Part shown: piece by piece, positions 47,167-56,621 of the stretch
Position numbering within the stretch: the first letter of the stretch is position 1
How the letters are laid out: each line of letters begins with the position of its first letter
Source of the DNA: an uncultured virus (IMG/VR IMGVR_UViG_3300032323_003315)
Lineage: Duplodnaviria; Heunggongvirae; Uroviricota; Caudoviricetes
Reading direction: 5' to 3' (one strand)
Virus record (IMG/VR): IMGVR_UViG_3300032323_003315
DNA length: 64,000 nucleotides
Notes under the pieces: model-generated
What the model was told of the DNA's origin: nothing
Databases searched by the model: none
The model's input: only the letters and a program-made list of their open reading frames with translations
Translations under genes and position numbers: made by a program

Positions 47167-47462
47167 TCGTATGTTTTTATCAATTCTAATGTTGAGATAT
47201 ATTTTAACCTCTCATTCAAAAAACCTATGGCATTTGCCAAAGGCGTAACTTTTCCTTTTTTGTCAATTATGCTGATGCCAAACTCATTCAGCATGTGGTT
47301 TATGTTTGTCGTGGTAAATTCAGAAACCAACAGGATGCTGTCCTTTTCCTTGTCGTAATATAGCTTGTGCGGCTTGCATGTAAAAGCCATATTAGCCCTG
47401 TGCTTGGTGAAGCTATCCACTATATCCTTTATGGTATCTTGCTGCTTTTTTGTTAGGTTCAT
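47163..47462 (-). CDS. Hypothetical protein
   Basis: ATGA-coupled on both sides. Confidence 0.6.
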   Translation of the reverse strand: MNLTKKQQDTIKDIVDSFTKHRANMAFTCKPHKLYYDKEKDSILLVSEFTTTNINHMLNEFGISIIDKKGKVTPLANAIGFLNERLKYISTLELIKTYE

Positions 47463-48946
47463 ATCATTATCCTGTTAATTGTTTCGGTAATTTCCGATAA
47501 CCGCTTGGCGGCTTTGTCAACATCCTCTTTGCTATCAGCATAAGGCTTTTCTGCGTCGGGCAAGTTGTTATTAAAAGGTACAGTAAGAAACGCATCGCCA
47601 ATTATTTCCGCCAACCTATCGCGTATATCTGTATCGGTTTGCCCCGCATCTCTTTCACGTTTAATAATTCTACGCAAAGATTTTTCGGGCTTTGTAGCAA
47701 GCACTAATTCTGCCATGTCGCTAATACGATTAAATTCCTGTTTTATAGCATTTTCATTACTGCTCCAATCGTTTTGCGGGTTAGGCAATCCTCCGACAAT
47801 AAACAATTCCTTATTTTTTACTTTGGTTTTGTTTACGCCCTTGGTTTTTTGTTCCATCAAATAGTTTTTGTATAGCGTAAAACCCCGTTCATAATCTCTT
47901 TTCTTGTAAAGAGTAGAACCATAACCCGTTCTTTCCTTACCATATCTTTTACGAGAAATGCCTTCCGAATTTTGCCACATGGCATATCTGAAAAACCTTG
48001 GGTCTGCGATAGCGGTAGAAATAGCCTGCAAGTCTATGGGTGCGCCATATTCCTTGGCTACCCAAGAATAATAAACTTGGTCGCCACTAACAGAATATCC
48101 ACGCAATCCATAAATCCTTACTTTTGAACCTGCTTGTTCAAGTTGCTGTGCGAGCATAATAATAGGCGTTACTTTTGCCATCATGCCCATGCTGTTTAAT
48201 TCGCCCAAACCACCCGCAATTACAAATATGTCCACATACTGCGGTTCACCTCCTTTGTTGGGGCGTTTCAGATAAATCTTTTTGGTTCTCGTTCCAAAGT
48301 ACAATCTGTACTCTTTACCATCCCTACCAATGCCTTTATTTTGACTTGCCGCAAAAAAGTTGTCGCCAACGGATTTCAAAAACACATTTGGAACATTTTT
48401 AAGCATGTCAAAAGTACCCTTTTGCTGCCTGCGAACCTTGAATGTTTTAGGGTTAGGATTGCTTGCAGAGGCGATTTCTTTATAATAGAAGTTTTTATTG
48501 GTTTCAGAAACGCTGCCCTTTTCCATGTCGGCAAGCACATCTAATTCCTCAATATACCATTCAACTACCCTATAAAGCGTAGGTGCTGCAAGTCCAAAAC
48601 TGAAAATACCCGTTGCATCTTCTGTGGCTTTGAGCCTATCCTTTTGCAAATTACCACCCAAGTCAAGTTTGGCTTGCATACTCTCTTTGGTGTCTTTGTA
48701 ATTAGTAAGGGCTTGTTGGTTTACATATTTACTTATCCTGTTAATATCCAACTGCTCGTCCAACGGCTGCGAAGTATCAACCTCGTACCATTCCGCATTG
48801 CTTGAAACGTCGCTTAACTTGTAATCTGAACTATCAACATAATTTACGGTATTTGTAGAGTTTCCATTTCTATCAAGGCGCAATCCTTCTTGACCCTCTC
48901 GGATAAAGTCGTTAATGCTATCCCACATTCCAAATAAATACGCCAT
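47459..48946 (-). CDS. Divergent vWA-like partner of MoxR ATPase
   Basis: Directly downstream of the AAA gene; YVDIFV...LEQAG.KVRIY...VAKEY..P.D...FFR pattern; MIDAS not canonical. Confidence 0.5.
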   Translation of the reverse strand: MAYLFGMWDSINDFIREGQEGLRLDRNGNSTNTVNYVDSSDYKLSDVSSNAEWYEVDTSQPLDEQLDINRISKYVNQQALTNYKDTKESMQAKLDLGGNLQKDRLKATEDATGIFSFGLAAPTLYRVVEWYIEELDVLADMEKGSVSETNKNFYYKEIASASNPNPKTFKVRRQQKGTFDMLKNVPNVFLKSVGDNFFAASQNKGIGRDGKEYRLYFGTRTKKIYLKRPNKGGEPQYVDIFVIAGGLGELNSMGMMAKVTPIIMLAQQLEQAGSKVRIYGLRGYSVSGDQVYYSWVAKEYGAPIDLQAISTAIADPRFFRYAMWQNSEGISRKRYGKERTGYGSTLYKKRDYERGFTLYKNYLMEQKTKGVNKTKVKNKELFIVGGLPNPQNDWSSNENAIKQEFNRISDMAELVLATKPEKSLRRIIKRERDAGQTDTDIRDRLAEIIGDAFLTVPFNNNLPDAEKPYADSKEDVDKAAKRLSEITETINRIMI

Positions 48947-48959
48947 GGGGATTTACCGA

Positions 48960-50375
48960 TTAGAATATCTTGTTACCGTAAGTAGTGTACCAATTTTTTA
49001 TGATTTCCTCGGCTCTTTCTATATCCTCTTTTGAAGACAAAGCCTCCAATGGTCTTGTATTTACTTCGGGTATAGTTACTTCCAAAAATTCCTGTATCTC
49101 TTGGGGCATAATATTTGTCCTTTGAGTGGGGGTAAATAAGTTCATAAAACTTTCAATACCATCCTGCAAGGTTTTTGGGCGTTTGTTTTGCTCATCCAAT
49201 GGCAACATGGCGTTTAAGCGATACTGAATGTATGTATCACGCAAATTGGTCATAATACGCATGGAGATAAACGCTTCGTTGGTGTAATTATTGGTTTCAA
49301 TGCTCTCTCTCAAATCAATTAAGAAATTGAACAGGAAAGCCATATTGATACCTGTAATAGTTCTGCCACCAACTTCAATGGTTATGTTACTCAATACCTG
49401 CTTGTATTCAAGTTCGTAATCGTAGAACACGCGATAGGTACTACCCGCAAAACGGTCTTGAAGCGAAGCATCCTGCGCGAAGTTTGCCGTATAATTAGGG
49501 TCGGGGCGCAACAATAATGTGTTGCCCGTACCAATAATCATAAGCCTTGGTTTGCCATTGTCATAGCTTGCAAGCGGTATTCTTTCGTTTCTGCCGTTCT
49601 TAATTTCCCTTGGCAACATTCTACCCGTTTGTGGATTGAAAATTGGCTTATCTTTCAAAGACGAAAGCGCATCGTTCATCAAACCCGCAGTATTTGGGTC
49701 AAGTTTTGGTAATTCGTCAATTAGCAGGATAGCCCCCTCGTAAGGCTTATTGTTTTCGGGGTTAATGCCGAGATTAAGATTTCCCCATGCTTCAATAAGC
49801 GTTCCCTCTTGATAGCCGTCAATAGTCTGACCGCCAATAATTTCAATCGGAGAAGTATATTGGTTACAGTTGATTGTAAGAACCTTGTAATTGATAGCCC
49901 TACCCATGTATTTTGCCATGGCGGTTTTACCTGTACCCGCAGGCCCGTAGAGATATACGTTGTTACCCGCTTGCCAATCGGACATAAGAACATAAAACAA
50001 AGCACGCTCACCCACTACGGTAGCAATAGGCGATGTAGCTACTTGACCACCCGACATAACACTTGCCATTTGAATAGTAAGTGCTTTGGTTTTGTCAATG
50101 TAGTCCATAACGTCGGGAGCAAGTTGCGATAGAACAATTTGGCTACCTACAAAAACCCTTTCAGCTATGCGCTCTACTTCATCTTGGCTTAAACCTGCTT
50201 CGGTTATAAGTTTTTGGTTTAATTCCTGCAAATAATCAACAAGAAGCCCTGTTGATGTGCTTGAAGTTCCTTTTAATCTATCAAGTTGGTTCTGTAACAG
50301 CGTTACTTGATAAGGCTCAAGACCCCCTGCTGCCAAAAGGTCTTCTATCTTTTTTATATCGTCTTGATTAGTCAT
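48960..50375 (-). CDS. MoxR/CbbQ/CobS-like AAA+ ATPase
   Basis: YLYGPAGTGKT, LLIDELPKLDPN, GTGNT, QDASLQDRF, ISMR. Confidence 0.9.
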   Translation of the reverse strand: MTNQDDIKKIEDLLAAGGLEPYQVTLLQNQLDRLKGTSSTSTGLLVDYLQELNQKLITEAGLSQDEVERIAERVFVGSQIVLSQLAPDVMDYIDKTKALTIQMASVMSGGQVATSPIATVVGERALFYVLMSDWQAGNNVYLYGPAGTGKTAMAKYMGRAINYKVLTINCNQYTSPIEIIGGQTIDGYQEGTLIEAWGNLNLGINPENNKPYEGAILLIDELPKLDPNTAGLMNDALSSLKDKPIFNPQTGRMLPREIKNGRNERIPLASYDNGKPRLMIIGTGNTLLLRPDPNYTANFAQDASLQDRFAGSTYRVFYDYELEYKQVLSNITIEVGGRTITGINMAFLFNFLIDLRESIETNNYTNEAFISMRIMTNLRDTYIQYRLNAMLPLDEQNKRPKTLQDGIESFMNLFTPTQRTNIMPQEIQEFLEVTIPEVNTRPLEALSSKEDIERAEEIIKNWYTTYGNKIF

Positions 50376-51456
50376 TGTACAATGTTCTTAATGCTGTATC
50401 TATGGTTTTTAATATTTGTGATTTATTTCCTGTGTAACCGAATTTTTCCCCGATAGCACGAATTTCAGCCTCGTTAAAAAGGTCGCGCATCATAGTGTTT
50501 ACTGTTTGTCGTGCAGCAAACTTTTCTTTTAGACCACCCCTTGTAACTTTTAGCGCGTCTTCCACTTGCTCAACTATATTTTGCGGATTAGGCGGCGTTA
50601 TTGGTTGCGCGACAGGTACTTTTACATGCTCTTGAGGCTTTTTATGCCGTTGTGGCTTTCCGTGGTCTTGAGGTTTGCCGTGTTCCTGTGGTTTGCCATG
50701 GTCTTGAGGTTTGCCGTGGTCGTCGGGTTTACCATGGTCTTGAGGTTTGCCGTGGTCGTCGGGTTTACCATGGTCTTGTGGCTTGCCATGGTCGTCGGGC
50801 TTTTTATGGTCGTCTTTATGACCACCATTACCGCCATCGTCGGGCTTGTTAGAAGTAATCTCATAACCCTCCATACCCTCACCATCAAACATAGGGTTGC
50901 GTTTTAACGTACCCTCGTCCTGCGTGCTATTCAGCGTGCCAAAAAAACTACCATCCGCATTTCGTGTCTGAACATTGAAAATATCATCGCTCATGTATTG
51001 CGCGGTTTTTGCTTTTGTGTCATACTCATACATCGCCAAAGTCAAAGTAGTATTATTGTCTTTGCGAAGACGGAAAAAATATTTCTTTTCGTCTTGTGGT
51101 GGCGGTGGCGGAGGAGGAGGTGGTTGCTGATGCGGGTCTGTTGGTGGTGGTGGCGGCGGTGGCGGTGGATTGTCTTTGAACTCCTGCTTATCGCTCAACT
51201 CTTGGAAATATTGTGTTGCTTCCAAAGTGCCTTGCGTATCGGGGCTAAAAACTTTCTCTTCGCTCATGGTATCGCCGTCCATCTTGCCAACAAGGATATA
51301 TGCAAATCCTTTATCGTCCAATATGTATTCAAGGAAAGCAATTACGCCGCTTTTTGGAAAAAAGTTTTCCCAACGAATACCCTGCCCATTGTTAGTTGGC
51401 ATCTTGGTAAACTTTGGTTTTTCGTAATTACTTTGTGAAGGATTTATGTCAATCAT
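50368..51456 (-). CDS. Protein with polyproline tracts and (D/Q)DHGKP repeats
   Basis: Two poly-Pro runs and about 11 hexapeptide repeats. Confidence 0.75.
   Translation of the reverse strand: MIDINPSQSNYEKPKFTKMPTNNGQGIRWENFFPKSGVIAFLEYILDDKGFAYILVGKMDGDTMSEEKVFSPDTQGTLEATQYFQELSDKQEFKDNPPPPPPPPPTDPHQQPPPPPPPPPQDEKKYFFRLRKDNNTTLTLAMYEYDTKAKTAQYMSDDIFNVQTRNADGSFFGTLNSTQDEGTLKRNPMFDGEGMEGYEITSNKPDDGGNGGHKDDHKKPDDHGKPQDHGKPDDHGKPQDHGKPDDHGKPQDHGKPQEHGKPQDHGKPQRHKKPQEHVKVPVAQPITPPNPQNIVEQVEDALKVTRGGLKEKFAARQTVNTMMRDLFNEAEIRAIGEKFGYTGNKSQILKTIDTALRTLYND
50628..50820 (-). repeat. 18-bp coding tandem repeat (36-bp higher order)
   Basis: ccatggtcttgaggtttg / ccgtggtcgtcgggttta alternating. Confidence 0.9.
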
Positions 51457-51485
51457 AAATTATATGCAATCTTACTACTTTTATT

Positions 51486-53885
51486 CTACAAAACAAAGAA
51501 GTCGTCGTTGAATTTGTTGCTAACCTCTTTCAATATACCGCCCTTTGCAAAGCCCGCATTTTCTACTTGCGTATTGAAATGCTCCGCACTTGCCCATTTG
51601 ATTTGCTCTTGGCGCAATACCATATAGCTTCCTGTTACGTTTTTCTCCCCATTGATTATGTCCTGCGGGTTGTCTTCGTACATCAAAATACCATCGTAAA
51701 AGGTTTTTTCGCGCATGTAGTTAAGCAGGGCTGTATTGAATTTACGAATATAAACCCAAAACTGCATTGGGGTATCAAGGAAAGCGTTTAGTTGGTCTAT
51801 TCCCGCGCTTGCATACCTATCGTAATTTGGTAAAGCTATTTCACGGGGTATGTTATATTCATTCATAAGAACATCGCCAATGTTGCGTAATGGAACGGCA
51901 TCAATTCCAAAAGCCATTACGTCTATTGGGTTTTTAATGTCCAAAAACACTTGGTACATGAAGCCATCGCCATAAAGATTGGCAAACCATTGAGAGTAAG
52001 AACGATTGTCTGCAAAATAAGCAGCAGGGAAATCGCTAAAACGCCATGCCATAAAATCCGCACGCGAACCATGATAACAAACCAAAGGCTCTTTTGTGCG
52101 GGGATTTATTGCTTTGCTTACGCCGCCATAGTTTCCTGTTCTGTATGCCATTTGCCAATCTCCGAACCACGATATGAAATTGTCTGTGCGTACTTTGTGC
52201 CATTGCTTATTTGTAAGTTCAGTAGGCACGCCGTTAATGCTCATCAGCGAAGTATCGGGCGTTTCTGTTTCTAAACGCTCCTGTATAAATGTATTACCAA
52301 GTTTGTTAAGCAGTTCTAATCCTGTATCTGTTTCTAAAAGGTATTTATCCTTTGCTTCGCGCAGTTCGGCAAGTTTACGGTCAATCTGCACTTGTTTGTC
52401 GGCATTGGTTTTATCCACCAAGCCGCGCAAAATGCTGTATTTGCTAATCTCTGCTTCTGCCGCTTTGGAAAGCAATTCATATTTAACCTTATCGCGGGTG
52501 TCCTTTTTGCGTACTTTACGAATAGCCTTATCTAAATCGGTGATAGTTTCATTGACAAAACGATATTCGGGTTCGCCTTTGGTTATATGGCTGCGTAATA
52601 TCAAAGTATGACCATAAAATACACCTGTTTCATAATTTACATATACTTTACCATTATATTCAAAAATTATATTTTGATAATTATAATCGCCACCTATTTG
52701 TACTTTAATACCTAATAATTTAATACGCAATGTGTTACCACCATCAATAGATATATTTTTTGGTTCTATAATTCTATTTTCGTTGGCAATATAATCGTAA
52801 TATGTGTTTTCATTTCGCTCGTAAGATACAACTTCAAAAAAACGCTCTGACCCCTCAAATTCTATATCAGCACTATCGTTTACGCAAAAAGCATAAGGAA
52901 CATTAAAAGACTTACCTGTATTTATTCGCCTTACCCTTTCGCCATCATTATTTGGATATAAATATTCACATAAGTGAGTATTAGAAGGTTCATTTTTTCC
53001 ATCTTTGAACACTATACACATTTGCCCTATTTTATCCGCGTAGTTGATTACGTTAGGAATGTTTTGTGGATATACAATTTCTTGGCTTGTGCTAAAATCA
53101 GCAGGTAATTCAACCAATGGATTAGGCATTACAATTATTCTATCTGACGCACCATATTTAGTTGCGTCAAAAACAAAACTATTATATTCGTCATTTATAA
53201 TCCTTGAGAGTTTTATACCTATGACTGCTGTATTATTATTGTCATAAATAAAACCTTTTACTTGAAAGGGTATATAAAAATTGTAACCATATTTTGCTAT
53301 AACTTCATCGTAATAATTACCAACATCTGAAAACAAATCCCTATCAGAGTTTTCCTCGTAGTATGGTTTAACAAATACGAAGCTACCAATAAAAATACTT
53401 TCATCAAAAGCATAACTATCCGTAGTTGTAGTATTACGCGCCGTGCAATCTATGTATAACGTATTCTCCTTATTAGACGCGTTAATTGCTACATACACAG
53501 TAGTATCAACATCATCGCGAAAACTTGCAACAACTTGTTTACCTGCATAATAGGTTGCAAATGGCTTGTTGTCCTCTGTACCTCCCAAAAACCTGCCACC
53601 ATCACCAAATTTATGCTTGGAGATTTCTCCGCCCTCTTTGAAGGCTACGCCTCCATGGTCGCTGTTTAGCTTGCTCAAAATTTCTTTTGGTGTCATTTGC
53701 TTGCCCTCAAAAGTGTATTTCTGATTGCTTTCCACCGCAGGCTTTGTAATTACTACCTCTCCGCCCTCTACTTCTATGGGTTCATTGGTGTCAACATTGA
53801 TACCTTTTATACCACCCTCGCTATGGGGCTTTCCAACAAGATAACCGCCTTTTTTAGCGTCCTTGGTCTTTATTGCATTTTTCAT
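51486..53885 (-). CDS. Polyvalent protein with C-terminal ADP-ribosyltransferase-like (ART-PolyVal) domain
   Basis: VRTDNFISWFGDW...EPLVCYHGS...YFAD...VFLDIKNP...YDG...QIK; N-terminal GKPHSEGGI..IEVEGGE; four xxGG motifs. Confidence 0.75.
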   Translation of the reverse strand: MKNAIKTKDAKKGGYLVGKPHSEGGIKGINVDTNEPIEVEGGEVVITKPAVESNQKYTFEGKQMTPKEILSKLNSDHGGVAFKEGGEISKHKFGDGGRFLGGTEDNKPFATYYAGKQVVASFRDDVDTTVYVAINASNKENTLYIDCTARNTTTTDSYAFDESIFIGSFVFVKPYYEENSDRDLFSDVGNYYDEVIAKYGYNFYIPFQVKGFIYDNNNTAVIGIKLSRIINDEYNSFVFDATKYGASDRIIVMPNPLVELPADFSTSQEIVYPQNIPNVINYADKIGQMCIVFKDGKNEPSNTHLCEYLYPNNDGERVRRINTGKSFNVPYAFCVNDSADIEFEGSERFFEVVSYERNENTYYDYIANENRIIEPKNISIDGGNTLRIKLLGIKVQIGGDYNYQNIIFEYNGKVYVNYETGVFYGHTLILRSHITKGEPEYRFVNETITDLDKAIRKVRKKDTRDKVKYELLSKAAEAEISKYSILRGLVDKTNADKQVQIDRKLAELREAKDKYLLETDTGLELLNKLGNTFIQERLETETPDTSLMSINGVPTELTNKQWHKVRTDNFISWFGDWQMAYRTGNYGGVSKAINPRTKEPLVCYHGSRADFMAWRFSDFPAAYFADNRSYSQWFANLYGDGFMYQVFLDIKNPIDVMAFGIDAVPLRNIGDVLMNEYNIPREIALPNYDRYASAGIDQLNAFLDTPMQFWVYIRKFNTALLNYMREKTFYDGILMYEDNPQDIINGEKNVTGSYMVLRQEQIKWASAEHFNTQVENAGFAKGGILKEVSNKFNDDFFVL

Positions 53886-53886
53886 T

Positions 53887-54750
53887 TTAAATATCGTCTA
53901 ATGTTAAATTGGAATAATCGGGTGGGAATATACCACCCTTTTCATACTTGGCATCAATGTAAAACAAATCTCCCTCATACTCGTATCCTATCGCTTCCTG
54001 CCCCCATTCGTTTGCCCATGCAGCTATTTGCTTCATAAGTTTGGCTTTGTTTTCCTTGAAACTTTCGGGTGTGGCATACGAAACTACCCTTACTACTTTC
54101 TCGTTCACCAATTTGCCATTACTTGCCATATACCCACCGATATAATTTGCTGATGTATAACCACCAAACATATTTGCAAGCGTTCTTTTTACAATATCCA
54201 CCCTGCTATCCATTTCTTTTTGGGAAACCATTTCGCTTACGTTGGATGTGCTTGGAACATAAACGGCCATTTCTACGGGCAAGTGGAACATTTTGTTTTG
54301 CTTTGGCAAGCGTGGTACTCTACCGCCCGCAGCCATAACTTCCGCCATGCCGCCTTTTGCAAGGTTCAGTTGTTTGAGCCTGCTGTAATAATCAAGCGTT
54401 TCGTAAATATGGTCTTGTGCAATAGACATGGCGATAAGAATATCGTCCGTATGCTCAAGTTCGTGTTTCATGCCTTCTTCCAAAAAAGGTAATAGTTGTT
54501 CTTCGGTGATATTATGCTTATCCATAATCTCTCCGATAGTGTGTTTTCCTATCTTTCTTTTTGGTCTGATAAGGTCAGTATATGTGTTTTTATCATCCAT
54601 TTGGGTGTCTGTATTTTCGGAGGTAAGTAATATTTTGTGTGGTGTAAAATGATGATTTACCGTTGCATTGTAAGCGTCCTGCAAATCCATGTTTTGCCCA
54701 ATAGGATAGGCTTTTTGGTTGTTTTTATCGTCTATAAATAACGCTATCAT
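53887..54750 (-). CDS. Modular protein with DUF5661-like domain and xxGG motifs
   Basis: GMKHELEHTDD..IA..IAQDH..E..DYYSRL, then LAKGG, MAAGG, YEKGG. Confidence 0.7.
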   Translation of the reverse strand: MIALFIDDKNNQKAYPIGQNMDLQDAYNATVNHHFTPHKILLTSENTDTQMDDKNTYTDLIRPKRKIGKHTIGEIMDKHNITEEQLLPFLEEGMKHELEHTDDILIAMSIAQDHIYETLDYYSRLKQLNLAKGGMAEVMAAGGRVPRLPKQNKMFHLPVEMAVYVPSTSNVSEMVSQKEMDSRVDIVKRTLANMFGGYTSANYIGGYMASNGKLVNEKVVRVVSYATPESFKENKAKLMKQIAAWANEWGQEAIGYEYEGDLFYIDAKYEKGGIFPPDYSNLTLDDI

Positions 54751-54792
54751 ATTCGTTCAGCAACGCTTTGTAAATACGCAAAGTTGTTGCTC

Positions 54793-54814
54793 TATTTTTG
54801 TTATGTCAAATATA
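54793..54814. promoter_or_regulatory. Face-to-face -7 boxes (TATTTTTG plus; TATATTTG minus) serving divergent genes
   Basis: 54793-54800 (+) and 54807-54814 (-), between divergent starts at 54750 and 54822. Confidence 0.6.
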
Positions 54815-54821
54815 AGATAAA

Positions 54822-54929
54822 ATGAAAGAATTTTTCAACATCAACAGCGACAAGTGGTTGGGCGGCGTGAATGTTCACAACACCATCACTATTGCCTTGC
54901 TTGCTTACCTCGTTTACAAGAACCGTTAA
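54822..54929 (+). CDS. 35-aa membrane peptide, lone + strand gene
   Basis: MKEFFNINSDKWLGGVNVHNTITIALLAYLVYKNR; own promoter and terminator; C-ending codons. Confidence 0.7.
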   Translation: MKEFFNINSDKWLGGVNVHNTITIALLAYLVYKNR

Positions 54930-54976
54930 TCGGACTTGAAATGAAGTAAATCATGCCTGTGCAATGACTACGCGAG

Positions 54977-55013
54977 TAAGGCGATTAGCGGAATGTTAGT
55001 CGCCTTATTTTTT
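54977..55013. terminator. Terminator hairpin between convergent genes
   Basis: TAAGGCGATTAGC / GTTAGTCGCCTTA plus TTTTTT. Confidence 0.8.
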
Positions 55014-56268
55014 ATAGCAGTTCACTAAAAACAACTTTCCACGTTTCGGCTATCTTATCCCAATCGTATTCGCTCAATATCTGATTGTATAAGCCCTTAT
55101 CCACGCCAATGCCATTGTGCGCGTCCATGTACGCTTGTATCATTTGGTTGGCCGTTTCCTCTACGCTTGGTATATGCCGTATGTTCTCATAATCGGCTAT
55201 TTGGAAGTGGTTGTTTAATTCAGTTATTGGATAGCATGCTTTACCATCAAGGGTGATTTCTTTTAGACTTGTGTGCATAGGTGCAATAATTGGCAATCCT
55301 ACTGCCATAGCTTCTGTTACAGTTAATCCCCATCCTTCTGCGCCCGTTGTAGTAATGTAGCAATCCAAACAATTATATATCTCGTTCATTTCCTCAAGGG
55401 TATAAGCACCACCTTTGATATATTCCTCTTTTGTTGGATAGTGAACGTATTGTGTTATTTCAAGGGCTTCGCATGCACGATAAAGATTTATGCCCGTGCT
55501 ATCAGTAGGCGACATGTGCAGGTAAAGCGCAGGTGCTTTTATTTCGGGGTTGCTTCTTTTTTTGATGTGATACCATTCAACAAACATCCCAAACGCAAGC
55601 AAAGTGCCGCCAATGTTTTTACGGGAATTGTTTTTGTTTATGTTGCCAAATATGAATTTGTCTTTTGATAGTTTCCATTTGCTCCGTATTGCTTCCTTGT
55701 CAAAATTATCAATCGCATAAAAATCATTTCTGTTTGCGCCATGGGGTATGACGGTAACATTTTTTCTGTATGGCTCTAATTGTTCAGCACCATAATTAGT
55801 GTAAGTAACAAGAGTATGCCAAAAATCCAAATCATTCATAAATGTTGGATTTACAGGGCTGTCTATTGGAGCGTATAAAACCGCCTTAAATTTTTTCTGC
55901 TTGTTTTTTTCTTTATAGATATGCTTAATATCATGCAGTATATTCATGGTGGGAGAAAAAACAGGAATATCATTGATAGCCCAAAACAAATCCCAATTAC
56001 CCTCATTCAGCATTTTAAGCATGCCGTCGCGATACCAAAGGTCGTTCAAGTTTTTTGCATGGTCTTTTGCGGAGCGCACATAAGCCTTTCCGCCATTTTT
56101 GCCATTGTACCAAAAAGGCTTGCCCGTAAAGTTGGTAGCGCAAATATGTACGTTTACATTTTTCTCGTTAAACCATATAAGTAACCTGTCAAGGAGATTA
56201 TGGGCTACACTTGCAAATCCCGTATGCACGGAAAAATCCATGTAGCACAACATGTTTTTTGTTTCCAT
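55012..56268 (-). CDS. GT4 (GT-B) glycosyltransferase
   Basis: TGFASV, IPHG, NKNNSRKN, EGWGLTVTEAMAVGLPII. Confidence 0.9.
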   Translation of the reverse strand: METKNMLCYMDFSVHTGFASVAHNLLDRLLIWFNEKNVNVHICATNFTGKPFWYNGKNGGKAYVRSAKDHAKNLNDLWYRDGMLKMLNEGNWDLFWAINDIPVFSPTMNILHDIKHIYKEKNKQKKFKAVLYAPIDSPVNPTFMNDLDFWHTLVTYTNYGAEQLEPYRKNVTVIPHGANRNDFYAIDNFDKEAIRSKWKLSKDKFIFGNINKNNSRKNIGGTLLAFGMFVEWYHIKKRSNPEIKAPALYLHMSPTDSTGINLYRACEALEITQYVHYPTKEEYIKGGAYTLEEMNEIYNCLDCYITTTGAEGWGLTVTEAMAVGLPIIAPMHTSLKEITLDGKACYPITELNNHFQIADYENIRHIPSVEETANQMIQAYMDAHNGIGVDKGLYNQILSEYDWDKIAETWKVVFSELL

Positions 56269-56272
56269 AAAA

Positions 56273-56611
56273 TTACTTCAATACCTCTAATTTGCTTTTT
56301 GGCTTTGCATCTACGTTGCTTATCGCAAGTTTATTTGGTATGGCTTCGCAGGTTTGAAAATAGAAAATATCATCGCCACTTTTTACAAGTTGCGCGCGCG
56401 TGCAATGCGTAGAGCATATTTCGTACTCTTTTGCATATTGCCCTTCTATTGTACCTTGCACTATGGCGTGCTGTACTTTATGGCATTTGCAGGGAAACCC
56501 GTCTTTCACAAGGATTTTAACATTTTTCATTTCCCTTGCAGGATGTTCCATTAATTCGTACTGATGCAAATACTCAATGTTCTGTGCAGTTTTGTTTGCG
56601 TTGTCGTTCAT
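56273..56611 (-). CDS. Cys-containing hypothetical protein
   Basis: Start ATG 56611 just after the -7 box TAAATTTG. Confidence 0.55.
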   Translation of the reverse strand: MNDNANKTAQNIEYLHQYELMEHPAREMKNVKILVKDGFPCKCHKVQHAIVQGTIEGQYAKEYEICSTHCTRAQLVKSGDDIFYFQTCEAIPNKLAISNVDAKPKSKLEVLK

Positions 56612-56621
56612 GTTGGCAAAT

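Noticed and set aside
50628..50820. Short direct repeats as a CRISPR array
   Set aside because: Contiguous 18-bp units with no unique spacers, in frame within a CDS; no cas operon
54930..54976. Structured ncRNA or antitoxin RNA
   Set aside because: Only a weak imperfect hairpin; cannot be supported without covariation data
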